From positions 256,001 through 320,000 of the forward strand of contig CAXXFL010000006.1 in NCBI GenBank assembly GCA_963674965.2: a DNA stretch of 64,000 bases. Direction: 5' to 3'. The notes beneath the pieces are model-generated. The model was not told the DNA's origin. It ran no database searches and worked only from the letters and a program-made list of their open reading frames with translations. The number at the start of each line of letters is the position of its first letter. Within the stretch, counting starts at the first letter, position 1. Source of the DNA: a bacterium. Its GTDB lineage: Bacteria > RBG-13-61-14 > DATKZS01. Made by a program: the position numbers and the translations under genes. Of the stretch, positions 41,182 to 50,864 are shown piece after piece.

Positions 41182-42310
41182 GCCTCTCTGAAATTATCTG
41201 CAGGAATCTTTTGGCCACCAATCTGTAATCATAATTCTCAACCACTCTCTTCCTGCCTGCTTCTCCCAAGTTTCTTCGCAATTCTGGTTTTTCCATCAAA
41301 TCAATCAGGTATTTTGCTATATCATAAACACTAGCCCGATATTCGACCGTACGGGGAGTTTGAAATACCACACGATGACCTTTTTCCCAGCCCGACTCTT
41401 CTCCAACCACCGTTTCCCTGCTGACAACCTCCGTGGCAACGGAGGCCAGCAAGGCGGTTTCTCCATGCACCAGCGTGTCCATCATGGCCATGGCATTCAT
41501 GCTGAGGACCGGTTTGCAGCAAGCTCCGGCCTCCACTTGGGGCATGCCGAATCCTTCCAGGCGTGATGGCGCGGCGTAAATGTCACACGCATTTATCAGA
41601 TAGGGTATGAAGTTCCTGGACACAACATTGGCAACATATACAACATTTTTATCAATTCCCAGAGAACTCGCCAGTTTAAGATCGATCAGGTTCTGTTCAA
41701 TCGTTCGCGGCTGGGGCCACACCTTGCAGATGTATTTCCAGGCCGGGGCTTTGGCGTGAATGGTTGCAAGGCCCTGCATCACTTCCTGGGCTCCCTTGGA
41801 GGCGGCATCACCACCAATGGTGAGGATTATAATGTCGTCAGGCGAAACTCCCAGCGCTTCGCGAATGCAGGATACTCGGGGATCGCTCTTGTCACGCGGC
41901 TTGAACGAATCAGTGTCAACGCCTACCGGCAGAACATCGATATTCTCGCCGTTGATCCCGTCCCGGATATATACATCCTTTACCCAATTGGAAGTGACTA
42001 GAATAAGGGGCAGATCGTTCAAAATTTCCTGAAAGTTGGCAATATAACCGTCGGCCACAAGCCAGGGCACGGCCTGGATCCCGTATTGTTGGGGATGAAG
42101 GACTAGATGGGGCAAATGTCCCCAGTAACCCACTCCGACCACAATGTCCGGCTTGAACCAGCGGTAGTACCATTCCTTTTCCTGGGGAGATTCAAAGTTG
42201 ACAGCATGGGCTTCAACTCCCAGTTCCAGAAGCCCCCTGTAGAGTAAATCTCCCTGGGTGGCCAACCCTCCCGGAGACGCCGGATAATCGTAGAGAACCA
42301 GTACCTTCAT
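41168..42310 (-). CDS. GT4 glycosyltransferase
   Basis: PVGVDTDSF, PSRLEGFGMPQVEAGAC. Confidence 0.88.
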   Translation of the reverse strand: MKVLVLYDYPASPGGLATQGDLLYRGLLELGVEAHAVNFESPQEKEWYYRWFKPDIVVGVGYWGHLPHLVLHPQQYGIQAVPWLVADGYIANFQEILNDLPLILVTSNWVKDVYIRDGINGENIDVLPVGVDTDSFKPRDKSDPRVSCIREALGVSPDDIIILTIGGDAASKGAQEVMQGLATIHAKAPAWKYICKVWPQPRTIEQNLIDLKLASSLGIDKNVVYVANVVSRNFIPYLINACDIYAAPSRLEGFGMPQVEAGACCKPVLSMNAMAMMDTLVHGETALLASVATEVVSRETVVGEESGWEKGHRVVFQTPRTVEYRASVYDIAKYLIDLMEKPELRRNLGEAGRKRVVENYDYRLVAKRFLQIISERLGIS

Positions 42311-42325
42311 GACCTCCTCCAGTGA

Positions 42326-42985
42326 TTATTTATATTTAGACCTATTGCAGGACTCAAGCCACCTATCATATTCAGCGAAAGAAGAAAATCGCCAGAACGA
42401 CTCCTGTTTCTGTGCTGCTAGAGATTCGTAGGAGTCAGGAGAAAAACCATAGATGTTAATGACTATTCTGCGTTTCTTCGCTAATATTTCTTCCGGCAGC
42501 CCGAATGTGCCGTGAGCGTTTTCGATCGGGAGGGGCGGATCGTCTTTTCCTCCCATTCCATTGTCGCAGTAAGCGAACATCCACAATTCGGAGACGCGCA
42601 CGGACTGTTTTTTCCATAGCGCGGCAACCGCAGCGCCTGTTTCTTCGTGCCTGAGGTGTCTCGTATATTCTCCGAACGGGCTGTGTGTGACAATAAGATC
42701 AAAACTTTTCGAGGGCAAAAGAGAAATTATCGCATTCTGGACATGCGCCTGGGAAAGAGGAGTCTGGTCAGGACGATCGTCCAGGTCCCCGATTATCGCA
42801 GTCGCCCCAAGCTCATTAGCGGCTTGCTGAAATTTAGGGCTCCTTTCCGGATCGCTGCCGCGGCAGAGCGAGACCACCGTCCAGCGCCATTGCTTGCGCA
42901 TGATGATCAAGCCCCCGGACCAGATGGTCTCGTCGTCGGGGTGCGCCACCACAACACAACCGGATAGAGAGTTTTGCTGTTTCAT
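42326..42985 (-). CDS. PIG-L/LmbE-family N-deacetylase
   Basis: VAHPDDE and TH...GEYTRHLRH metal-ligand motifs. Confidence 0.85.
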   Translation of the reverse strand: MKQQNSLSGCVVVAHPDDETIWSGGLIIMRKQWRWTVVSLCRGSDPERSPKFQQAANELGATAIIGDLDDRPDQTPLSQAHVQNAIISLLPSKSFDLIVTHSPFGEYTRHLRHEETGAAVAALWKKQSVRVSELWMFAYCDNGMGGKDDPPLPIENAHGTFGLPEEILAKKRRIVINIYGFSPDSYESLAAQKQESFWRFSSFAEYDRWLESCNRSKYK

Positions 42986-43100
42986 GCAACCTTTCGTTGT
43001 TTCAAGTCTCTGTTGTTACAAGCGACCCCGGCGAAGAGTAAATAATGAACTTTTCACATTTTTCTTCCCGCAAAGGAGCAAGATGTAAAGCCCCCGACCG

Positions 43101-44579
43101 TCAGTGTGCCGGGCGCATGCAGTTGATTAAATCACTTACATTAACGGTTGCTATTTCAGATACGCTATCAGCAGTGGCGTAGGGAATAACCAACTTGTTA
43201 TTGTGGATGATTGCTCCGCAGGTATAAACAACATTGGGGACATAGCCCTCGCGCGTATCCTCATGCGGCGAAATAAGGGGCTCGTCCAGGCGCGCAATGA
43301 TTTTTCTCGGGTTTTCAAGATCAAGCAGCATGGCGCCAATGCAATACTGGCGCATGGGGCCGACCCCGTGGGTGAGCACTATCCATCCTTCATCTGTTTC
43401 CAGGGGCGAGCCGCAGTTGCCGATTTGGATAAACTCCCAGGGATGTTCGGGTTCCTGGAAGATTTCCGACTCCTGCCAGAAATAGATATTGTCTGAGAAC
43501 ATGATATGATTGTTTTCACCGTCCTGGCGAGAGAGCATGACGTATTGACCGTCTATTTTCCTGGGAAAAAGGGCCATCCCCTTGTTTTGTACAGCCTCGC
43601 CGTTGAGAGTTGTAACCTTGAATTTGATAAAGTTACTTGTTTCAATCAACTGTGGGAGAATATTAATATCGTTATAGGCCGTATAGGTCGCATAATAGGA
43701 AAACTCGCCGTTATCATCGATAAATTTCACGAAGCGGGCGTCTTCAATTCCCCGACTTTCATTTTTTGAAACGGGAAAGATGACCCGTTCGGATATCAGG
43801 CTGTCGGGTTCGAAATCCATACTGTAATTGGATTTCGCAAGCCAGAAAATGAGTTCGAAGGTTTCTATCGATATCGGCTCGGCGAAAACTAATTTAGCGC
43901 GAATCTTCGCGCTTATTTCTTTCAGTTCATTATAGGTGAAATAGTCCGGCAAATGGTCAAGAAGATTAGACGCCATCTCATTGTCCGCTTCCATTTCATT
44001 TAGCTTCAATAGAAAAGAATGCTTGTCGTAAACTGGTTTAATATGCTCTCGCGGGGTCTCGACATATTCGCTGATCGGGTCGAAAATAAAAGTGTTGAAT
44101 TTATCAATTATTCCGCTGCGAAACACGATCGAGGAAACGTGTCCTTCGCCGGTTGCCCTAAGGCTCATGATAAATCGAAGGCTGCCTTCGGGCAGGCCGC
44201 CTTGGTCGGGGTGGGGAACGATTGAAGGGTTAAAAAGCGCCGCTGATTCAATGGAATACTCAGAAGTGAAATAGGCCCCGATTAGCGCCCTTTTGGTTTC
44301 ACTTAGTACGGCGCCGGGCGGGACTAATGCCAACACCTTTTTCAGGTTGTGCTCAAAAATTCCCATTAGGTCCTTGTGCCGTTCACAAAAAATAAGTAAA
44401 ACTTGCGACAGAATATTTTCGGCTTTTTCTTCAGGCAGGTCTAATACGCGCTGAATGATGTTGCATATGCGATTTTTACCACCTGCATTATAGTACCTGG
44501 TAATGACGCGTGAACTGTCGCCTTTGATTCTTTTCTTTTTGCGTTTTACTTTTGGACAAGATAATTTATTTTGTGTCAT
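43101..44579 (-). CDS. GH130-family glycosidase/phosphorylase
   Basis: ALFNPSI, SLRATGEGHVSSI, GIEDARF, YTAY, NKGMALFP, LTHGVG, EGYVPNVVY. Confidence 0.88.
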   Translation of the reverse strand: MTQNKLSCPKVKRKKKRIKGDSSRVITRYYNAGGKNRICNIIQRVLDLPEEKAENILSQVLLIFCERHKDLMGIFEHNLKKVLALVPPGAVLSETKRALIGAYFTSEYSIESAALFNPSIVPHPDQGGLPEGSLRFIMSLRATGEGHVSSIVFRSGIIDKFNTFIFDPISEYVETPREHIKPVYDKHSFLLKLNEMEADNEMASNLLDHLPDYFTYNELKEISAKIRAKLVFAEPISIETFELIFWLAKSNYSMDFEPDSLISERVIFPVSKNESRGIEDARFVKFIDDNGEFSYYATYTAYNDINILPQLIETSNFIKFKVTTLNGEAVQNKGMALFPRKIDGQYVMLSRQDGENNHIMFSDNIYFWQESEIFQEPEHPWEFIQIGNCGSPLETDEGWIVLTHGVGPMRQYCIGAMLLDLENPRKIIARLDEPLISPHEDTREGYVPNVVYTCGAIIHNNKLVIPYATADSVSEIATVNVSDLINCMRPAH

Positions 44580-44635
44580 AAGACATGACTCCTCAATTGA
44601 TGCAACAATTCATGATGACCCTGAGGTCTCCACTC

Positions 44636-45655
44636 TTATCGTTTGGTCTTTCCAATGACCGTTTCATAGACCTGAACATACTCGTCAACCATCCGGTCGA
44701 CGGTGAAATGCCGTTCAACGTGTCGACGGCAGCCCGCTCGGTCAAGATCATTGACGCGCGCCACGGCTTTGACGGCTTCGTCCACTGTTTCAACGAGAAA
44801 ACCGTTCTTTCCGTTTTCGATCAACTCGGGCATGCTGCCACGGTTAAAGGCGACCACTGGGGTACCGCATGCCATGGCCTCGATGACAGACAAGCCGAAA
44901 GGCTCGTTGAAGTTGATGGGATGCAAAAGAGCGCAGGACTTGCCCAGCAACTGGTTGCGCTCAGCCGGACCCACACTGCCGACATAGTTCGCCGGATCGG
45001 CATCCAAGTATGGTTTGACGTAACTTTGATAATACTCCTGGTCCTGGATGATTCCAGCCATGATCAATTTCTTATTGCAGGCTCTGGCGATTTCAAGGGC
45101 CTCGCGAGCACCCTTGTCATGGTGGATCCTTCCAAAAAAGATCAGATAGTCGTCAGGCTCCGAATTAAAATCGAACTGTTTGAGATCGATCCCATGATGG
45201 ATGGTTTTTATATAGTCAAGATCCAGGCAACGGTCGGCGTCGCTGATGGAAACATAGAAAGCTTTATTGTTGTATTTTTTATAAACCGGCAAGATCCTAG
45301 GCGAGGAGAACCCATGAATTGTGTTAATGATCGGGGTTGTGACCAGGCCGGAATAGGTCAAGGGCAGGAAGTCAAAATTGTTGTGAATAACATCGAAATT
45401 CTGGGCACGCTCAAACAATTCCGAAATGTGCAGGCACTCCCATACCTTTGGATCCAGGGATGGATCTTCTTCATATCCTTGCGGGCAGACAGCATGCAGT
45501 TTGCCGCTTGTCTCCGAATCACCGGTTGCAAAAAGGGTGACGTCATAGCCCCTCGAAACCAGTCCCTCGGTCAGAAGTGATACCACGGCTTCCCACGGAC
45601 CGTAGTGTCGTGGTGGCGTGCGCCAGGCGATCGGCGAGAGCATGGCAATGCGCAT
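44636..45655 (-). CDS. GT4 glycosyltransferase
   Basis: PPRHYGPWE, GRIHHDKG, EPFGLSVIEAMACGTPV. Confidence 0.92.
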   Translation of the reverse strand: MRIAMLSPIAWRTPPRHYGPWEAVVSLLTEGLVSRGYDVTLFATGDSETSGKLHAVCPQGYEEDPSLDPKVWECLHISELFERAQNFDVIHNNFDFLPLTYSGLVTTPIINTIHGFSSPRILPVYKKYNNKAFYVSISDADRCLDLDYIKTIHHGIDLKQFDFNSEPDDYLIFFGRIHHDKGAREALEIARACNKKLIMAGIIQDQEYYQSYVKPYLDADPANYVGSVGPAERNQLLGKSCALLHPINFNEPFGLSVIEAMACGTPVVAFNRGSMPELIENGKNGFLVETVDEAVKAVARVNDLDRAGCRRHVERHFTVDRMVDEYVQVYETVIGKTKR

Positions 45656-45670
45656 GACCGCTCCCTTATC

Positions 45671-47977
45671 CTAAGCGCTTGCAGGGGACGGCGGTTGTTT
45701 TAATACTTCATCATCGTAAAGCTTTTGCAGCGTCATCAGCGAAAGCAGCCATGCAAGCGTGGACTCAGCGCCTTCGTTCTGGTTGACGCCATCAGCCGTC
45801 AGCCCGTCACGGCAGCCACCGGTCTTGGGATCATAGAGCGGAATGTTGAGGTCGTTCTGTCCGAGAAACCAGTTAAAACACATGACCGCGTTTTCGATCC
45901 ATGTTTTATCCCGGGTTATGTTGTAGGCTTCCACACAGGCTTCGATTATGGCATTGGCCTCAATGGGCTGCTGGTCGAAACGGGTCTTGGCGCCTCCTTG
46001 TTCATACCATCCGTTGCTGCCTACGGGCGCAAAGTGACCGTTTTCGGTTTGGGTGCTGATAAGCCACGTGAGAGATTGGAGTCCCACATCTATCATGTCC
46101 TTTTGTTGCATCCAGTGGCCGGATAGCAGCAGGGCATGGGGCAGTTTGCCATTGGCATAGTTCAAAGAGTTTTCAAGCCAGGGCCAACCGTCTGTTTCAT
46201 TCTTTGTAAACTGATCAAAAAGTTTTTTTGCGAGAACTTCCTGGATCCTGCGCACCTCACTGTCGCCGGAAAATTTTTCCAGGTATGCATGAATTCCCAC
46301 CAGGGCAAAGGCGATGGCCCGGGGTGAATTAAAGTGCTCGACGGCTTTGAGCGTCTGGTTGAAGAGCGTCGCGCTGATAGCGAAATGTTCGGGGTTGCCG
46401 AGAAAACCCAAAGAGACGCCCAGGCACCAGAGTGTACGGGCGTGAGCATCTTCAGATCCCACCTCCGTAGTCCACTGACGCGGATAGGTCATAAAATCGC
46501 GAAACCGCCCATTTTCGATATTGAATGCGTACATCAGAAAACCGAGATACCGGCTGTAGAGGGAATCGAAAAAAACGCTTTCCTCGAGCAGGTATTTGCG
46601 GCCCATGGCCGCGACCATCAGCGCTCTGGCATTGTCGTCTACACAGTAGCCGTAGAGACGATTGGGGATGGTATAGGTGGCATGCTGCAATATACCCGTG
46701 TCGTCGGTAAGCGTTTTCAGGTGATTAAAATTAAGCTCCGGAAGCTCGAACTTGGTGATGGATTCAATGTTTTCATCATATGAGTGTCGAGGACGAGGAT
46801 GCCGGGAGCGGCTGATCTGGACCTTGCTGAAAACTTCGAGATATCTTCGGGATACCTCCTTCCAGATTGCCTCTCGACAAAATGTATAGGCCTTTTTGCG
46901 CATCTTTTGCAGTTTGACGTCGTTGTCCAGCAGGTCGTTGATTTGTTCAGCCATGGCGTCAGGGTTATTGAAGGGAACGATTATTCCCCTTCCTTCGGCA
47001 AGCATCTCGGCCGCATACCAATAGGGGGTCGAAATGACCGCTTTGCCCGTACCCATGGCATAGGCGAGCGTCCCGGAAGTGATCTGGGCTTCCTCAAGAT
47101 AAGGAGTCAAGTATAAATCGGCGGTGCCGAGAAACTCGCATAATTCTTTCAACTCTACAAAACGGTTTTGAAAAACCACGTGGTCGCTAATGTTGAGTTG
47201 GCGCACGAGTTGTTGCAGACTCAGACGGTATTCCTCACCGTGATGTTTAAAAATGTGCGGGTGGGTCGCTCCCAGGAGAATATAGGCAACGTCTGGATGT
47301 TTTTTGATGACTGCCGGAAGCGCTTTCAGGACGGTTTCAATGCCCTTATTGGGGGAGAGCAAACCGAAAGTAAGAAGCACTTTTTTGCCTTCCATGCCGA
47401 ATTGGTCTTTGTAAAAGCTGGGATCAATAAAAGGCGTATCTGGAATACCGTGATGGATAAAAACTATTTTCTCTTCCGGTACGGAATAGACATCCTGGAG
47501 GAGTTCAAAGGCCTTTCGGCTCATCACAACCAGTTTTTCAGACAGATTAGACAGCTTGCGCATGACTTCGCGATATTCGGGATCGGGGTCTTTCAAAACC
47601 GTATGCAGCGTTGTTACCACCGGCATGCGAAGATCTGCAAGCAATTTTAAGATATGGCTGCCGGCCGGGCCCCCGAAAATACCGTATTCATGCTGCACGC
47701 AGACAATGTCCGCATTGCTGATATTGAGATACTCCGATGCGACACTATAATCGGAAAGTTTTTTTTGGTTGATCTCAAATCGAACTTTTTCCGGATAGGC
47801 ATACCCCTCAGGTATGTCATTCATGGCCATCGCCCAGCAGTTAATATCAGGGGCCTCTTTCGACAAAGCCTCAACCAGATCAGTGGTGAATGTAGCAATG
47901 CCGCACCGCCTGGGTAAGTAGTTGCCGATTACGGCAACCGAGTCAATCCCTTCAAAATACCGAACAAGAGCATTCAT
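45671..47977 (-). CDS. GT4 glycosyltransferase fused to a C-terminal hydrolase-like helical domain
   Basis: GNYLPRRCGIATFT, QHEYGIFGG, QITSGTLAYA; C-terminal GYCVDDNARAL, FDQQPIEA, NEGAESTL. Confidence 0.88.
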   Translation of the reverse strand: MNALVRYFEGIDSVAVIGNYLPRRCGIATFTTDLVEALSKEAPDINCWAMAMNDIPEGYAYPEKVRFEINQKKLSDYSVASEYLNISNADIVCVQHEYGIFGGPAGSHILKLLADLRMPVVTTLHTVLKDPDPEYREVMRKLSNLSEKLVVMSRKAFELLQDVYSVPEEKIVFIHHGIPDTPFIDPSFYKDQFGMEGKKVLLTFGLLSPNKGIETVLKALPAVIKKHPDVAYILLGATHPHIFKHHGEEYRLSLQQLVRQLNISDHVVFQNRFVELKELCEFLGTADLYLTPYLEEAQITSGTLAYAMGTGKAVISTPYWYAAEMLAEGRGIIVPFNNPDAMAEQINDLLDNDVKLQKMRKKAYTFCREAIWKEVSRRYLEVFSKVQISRSRHPRPRHSYDENIESITKFELPELNFNHLKTLTDDTGILQHATYTIPNRLYGYCVDDNARALMVAAMGRKYLLEESVFFDSLYSRYLGFLMYAFNIENGRFRDFMTYPRQWTTEVGSEDAHARTLWCLGVSLGFLGNPEHFAISATLFNQTLKAVEHFNSPRAIAFALVGIHAYLEKFSGDSEVRRIQEVLAKKLFDQFTKNETDGWPWLENSLNYANGKLPHALLLSGHWMQQKDMIDVGLQSLTWLISTQTENGHFAPVGSNGWYEQGGAKTRFDQQPIEANAIIEACVEAYNITRDKTWIENAVMCFNWFLGQNDLNIPLYDPKTGGCRDGLTADGVNQNEGAESTLAWLLSLMTLQKLYDDEVLKQPPSPASA

Positions 47978-48076
47978 ACCTACTCCTCAAGGGCTATTTA
48001 AGAGGACACCAGCTCTCTAAAACACTTCCCAAACAACTAATTATGCTTACTTATTAATAAACTGACAGGCCATCCG

Positions 48077-48625
48077 TCATTTCAAGACAAAGCGTCTAGT
48101 CCTTTGGTCCTTCGGTTCATAGGTCTCGATCTTTTGATCTTCGAAACGGATGGCCAGTGCGTGAGGATTATTCCAATCCCCGCCGGTTCTCGACTGCGGC
48201 TCCGCCTGGGCCCGGGTTTCCTTCTGCAAGACGACGATCGCCGACTCAATATGACTCACTAGAGCCGGCGTCGAAAAGGGCTTGGGCAAAAACGAGTATC
48301 CCCCTCGATCAATGACTGCTTGACTCAGGATAACTGGGTCATCCCCGGAAATTACAATAACCGGCAGTTTGGGGCGAAGACGACTGAACTCGCTCAACAA
48401 GTCCAGGCCTCTGCCGTCGTGAAGACCCACGTCCAGTATCGCGGCATCGGGAATATATTGGTTGTATATTCTGCGCGCTTCCGCCAGTGAGTGGGCGAGC
48501 ATGAACCTCCACTGGGGTCGGATTTCATTCATATACCGAGTGGCGGTCTTGACCAGGTCGATGTTGTCATCCAAAAATAGCAGCTTCGTGGGCATGATAG
48601 TTACTCCTTCCTGTGTTGAGGGCAT
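48077..48625 (-). CDS. Response regulator receiver protein, third paralogue lacking the N-terminal extension
   Basis: FLDDN, ILDVG, FLPKPF, WNNPHALAIR. Confidence 0.8.
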   Translation of the reverse strand: MPSTQEGVTIMPTKLLFLDDNIDLVKTATRYMNEIRPQWRFMLAHSLAEARRIYNQYIPDAAILDVGLHDGRGLDLLSEFSRLRPKLPVIVISGDDPVILSQAVIDRGGYSFLPKPFSTPALVSHIESAIVVLQKETRAQAEPQSRTGGDWNNPHALAIRFEDQKIETYEPKDQRTRRFVLK

Positions 48626-48749
48626 TTCCCGCGCCTGACCGAATGCTCATCTTTGTCTCCAGGGATAACGACCCCTTTAAGTAGTAATTCTTTTCCCCTT
48701 AATCCCGTCACCAGTATCTTATGCTTATCGTTGTCCCTGGTAATTATTA

Positions 48750-48784
48750 TTCATACATCATGCCAATTGTCTAAGTACCTGATA
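48750..48784 (-). promoter_or_regulatory. Putative sigma54 promoter cassette, copy D
   Basis: Same 16-mer (48750-48765) and IHF site (48772-48784). Confidence 0.6.
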
Positions 48785-49098
48785 TTTTGTCATTCACTAA
48801 CACCATGGGCCATGTCTTGGAACGAGGAATTCCGATTTTTGCGTGTGTTGCGGTTTCCAAAGGTGGTGAGAAAAATGGATAGGGGAAAGTTTGCCTGTAC
48901 CGCGCCTTCCCGAGTTTATCCCCGGCAGGCGGAAATGATTGAAAAAGTTAGCATTATATTCTGTCTTAATCCGTGGAATCAGGAGAGGGACGTATAAAGG
49001 ATTGAAAATTGCGAACGAAGGGTTTGGACCTCAAAGTTCCGATTCTTTCTTCTTAACCTTGCGGCCGGAGGGTTTATATTTGGCTTTATCTATCTTAT

Positions 49099-50471
49099 GA
49101 GCCTCTTGCAAAAGTCTCAGTGATGATGATTTTTCCAAAAAATAAGCCGACTCTTCGTGGTAAAATATTTGGTGCAAGCCAAAATATCGACCACGGGAGC
49201 GGCTTAATGAATAAGATATCACAAGTATGGGGCCACATTCAATCCTCTTTGTTTCCTTTTCTCGAGGAAGAGCTCGACCCTCTGACCGAGAAGCAAAAAA
49301 AGCTCGTGGCGATCCTCGAGATGATCCGCATCGAGGACTTCCTGCCCCCTCGCTGGTGGCATCGGGGCCGACCGTCCAAGGACCGCGTCGCCTTGGCGAA
49401 GGCCTTCGTGGCCAAGACGGTTTACAACTGCTCGGCCACCCGCGAGTTGATGGACCTTCTCGCGTCGACGCCGAACCTCCGCCGCCTTTGCGGCTTCGAG
49501 AGCGTACGCGCCATCCCGAGCGAGGCGACCTTCTCCCGCGCCTTCGCCGAGTTCGCCGACAACTCGCTCGCGGCCCGCGCCCACGAGGCCTTGATACGAA
49601 CGTATCATGGCGAACGTTTGGTCGGCCACATCAGCCGCGACGCCACCGACATCGAGGCCCGCGAGAAGCCCGCTCGCAAAGCCAAGAAGCGGCCCCAGCC
49701 GAATCGCAAGCGCGGCCGGCCCCGGAAGGGCGAGGAGCGGCCGGCGCCCGAGCCGACCCGGCTGGAGCGGCAGGAGTCGATGGACCTCGGCGAGATGCTG
49801 GCCGATTTGCCCGCGGCTTGCGACTGGGGCGCGAAACAAAAAAACGGTAGAGTATTTCATTGGAAGGGCTACAAGCTGCACGTGGACTGGGCCGACGGCG
49901 AGGTCCCGGTGAGCGCGGTTTTAACTTCCGCTTCCGTTCACGACAGCCAGGTCGCGATCCCGCTGGCCGAGATCAGCGCCGAACGGGTGACGAGTTTGTA
50001 CGACCTGATGGACTCGGCCTACGACGCCGGCCTGATCAAGGCGCACTCGAAATCGCTGGGCCACGTCCCGATCGTGGACCCCAACCCTCGCGGCGGCCGG
50101 AAGATCGAGATGGCCCCGGCGGACAAGCGCCGTTACGACGAGCGTTCGACGGCGGAGCGCGGTTTCTCGATGTTGAAGGAGAGCTTCGGCGGAAGGAATG
50201 TCCGTGTTCGCGGGCACGGCAAAGTCGAGGCCCACCTTATGTTCGGGCTTTTGGCTTTGGCGGCGGAGCGATTATTGAATTTTCTGATGTAAATGTGGGA
50301 GAAAAACCGGTGAATTTGGAGAATTGACGGACGAGCGCGCCCGAATTTTGGGTCCGCTTCGAGGAACGCGGAAAAATTTGGTCGATAACATGCAATCTCG
50401 ATGAAAACCGTCATGGAGATTCAAGGCGAGGTCCCCGACATGGCGGTCCGAAAGGTTTTTGCAAGAGGCTC
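49099..50471 (+). mobile_element. Insertion sequence, IS1182/IS5-like (1373 bp)
   Basis: Perfect 15-bp TIR GAGCCTCTTGCAAAA; flanks TTAT/TAAT (imperfect duplication); family assignment tentative. Confidence 0.85.
49207..50292 (+). CDS. DDE transposase
   Basis: PSEATFSR, RDATDI, GYKLH, MDSAYD, RSTAERGFSMLK. Confidence 0.9.
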   Translation: MNKISQVWGHIQSSLFPFLEEELDPLTEKQKKLVAILEMIRIEDFLPPRWWHRGRPSKDRVALAKAFVAKTVYNCSATRELMDLLASTPNLRRLCGFESVRAIPSEATFSRAFAEFADNSLAARAHEALIRTYHGERLVGHISRDATDIEAREKPARKAKKRPQPNRKRGRPRKGEERPAPEPTRLERQESMDLGEMLADLPAACDWGAKQKNGRVFHWKGYKLHVDWADGEVPVSAVLTSASVHDSQVAIPLAEISAERVTSLYDLMDSAYDAGLIKAHSKSLGHVPIVDPNPRGGRKIEMAPADKRRYDERSTAERGFSMLKESFGGRNVRVRGHGKVEAHLMFGLLALAAERLLNFLM

Positions 50472-50548
50472 TAATATTTTGTCAACAGCTTATTAAGTTG
50501 GCGGACCCCAATCCCCGCAGCCAGAGCAGATTCATCGATTCTTCCCTT

Positions 50549-50837
50549 GTATGCAGAATTGATAAATGTACGGCTTCAACTACTCCGTCTTATCCCCGGA
50601 ATCAAAATTGAACTGGTGGGAGGTGGCTGTTGCGGCATGGGCGGAACCTTTGGCGCAAGGAGCAAAAACTACGAAACCTCCATGAAAATCGGCGGCCCGG
50701 TTTTCGACGAAATCTTAAAAGCAACCCCTGACCTTGTAGTCACTGATTGTCTCGGTTGCAAACTCCAGATTCAGCACGGCACGTCCATTAAAACCACGCA
50801 TCCGATCTTGATCTTGAAACAGGCTTATGGGCTATAA
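50549..50837 (+). pseudogene. C-terminal fragment of a GlpC/HdrD-like CCG-domain Fe-S protein
   Basis: CCGMGGTFG...TDCLGCKLQI...HPI; no N-terminus, abuts the activator remnant. Confidence 0.8.
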
Positions 50838-50864
50838 TTAACAAACATGAAAGATAAACAGAAA

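Larger units (their letters stand above)
49031..50552 (-). pseudogene. 3' remnant of a sigma54 activator gene, split by an IS
   Basis: 49031-49098 and 50472-50552 match the activator 3' ends (14060-14205, 36203-36345). Confidence 0.8.
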
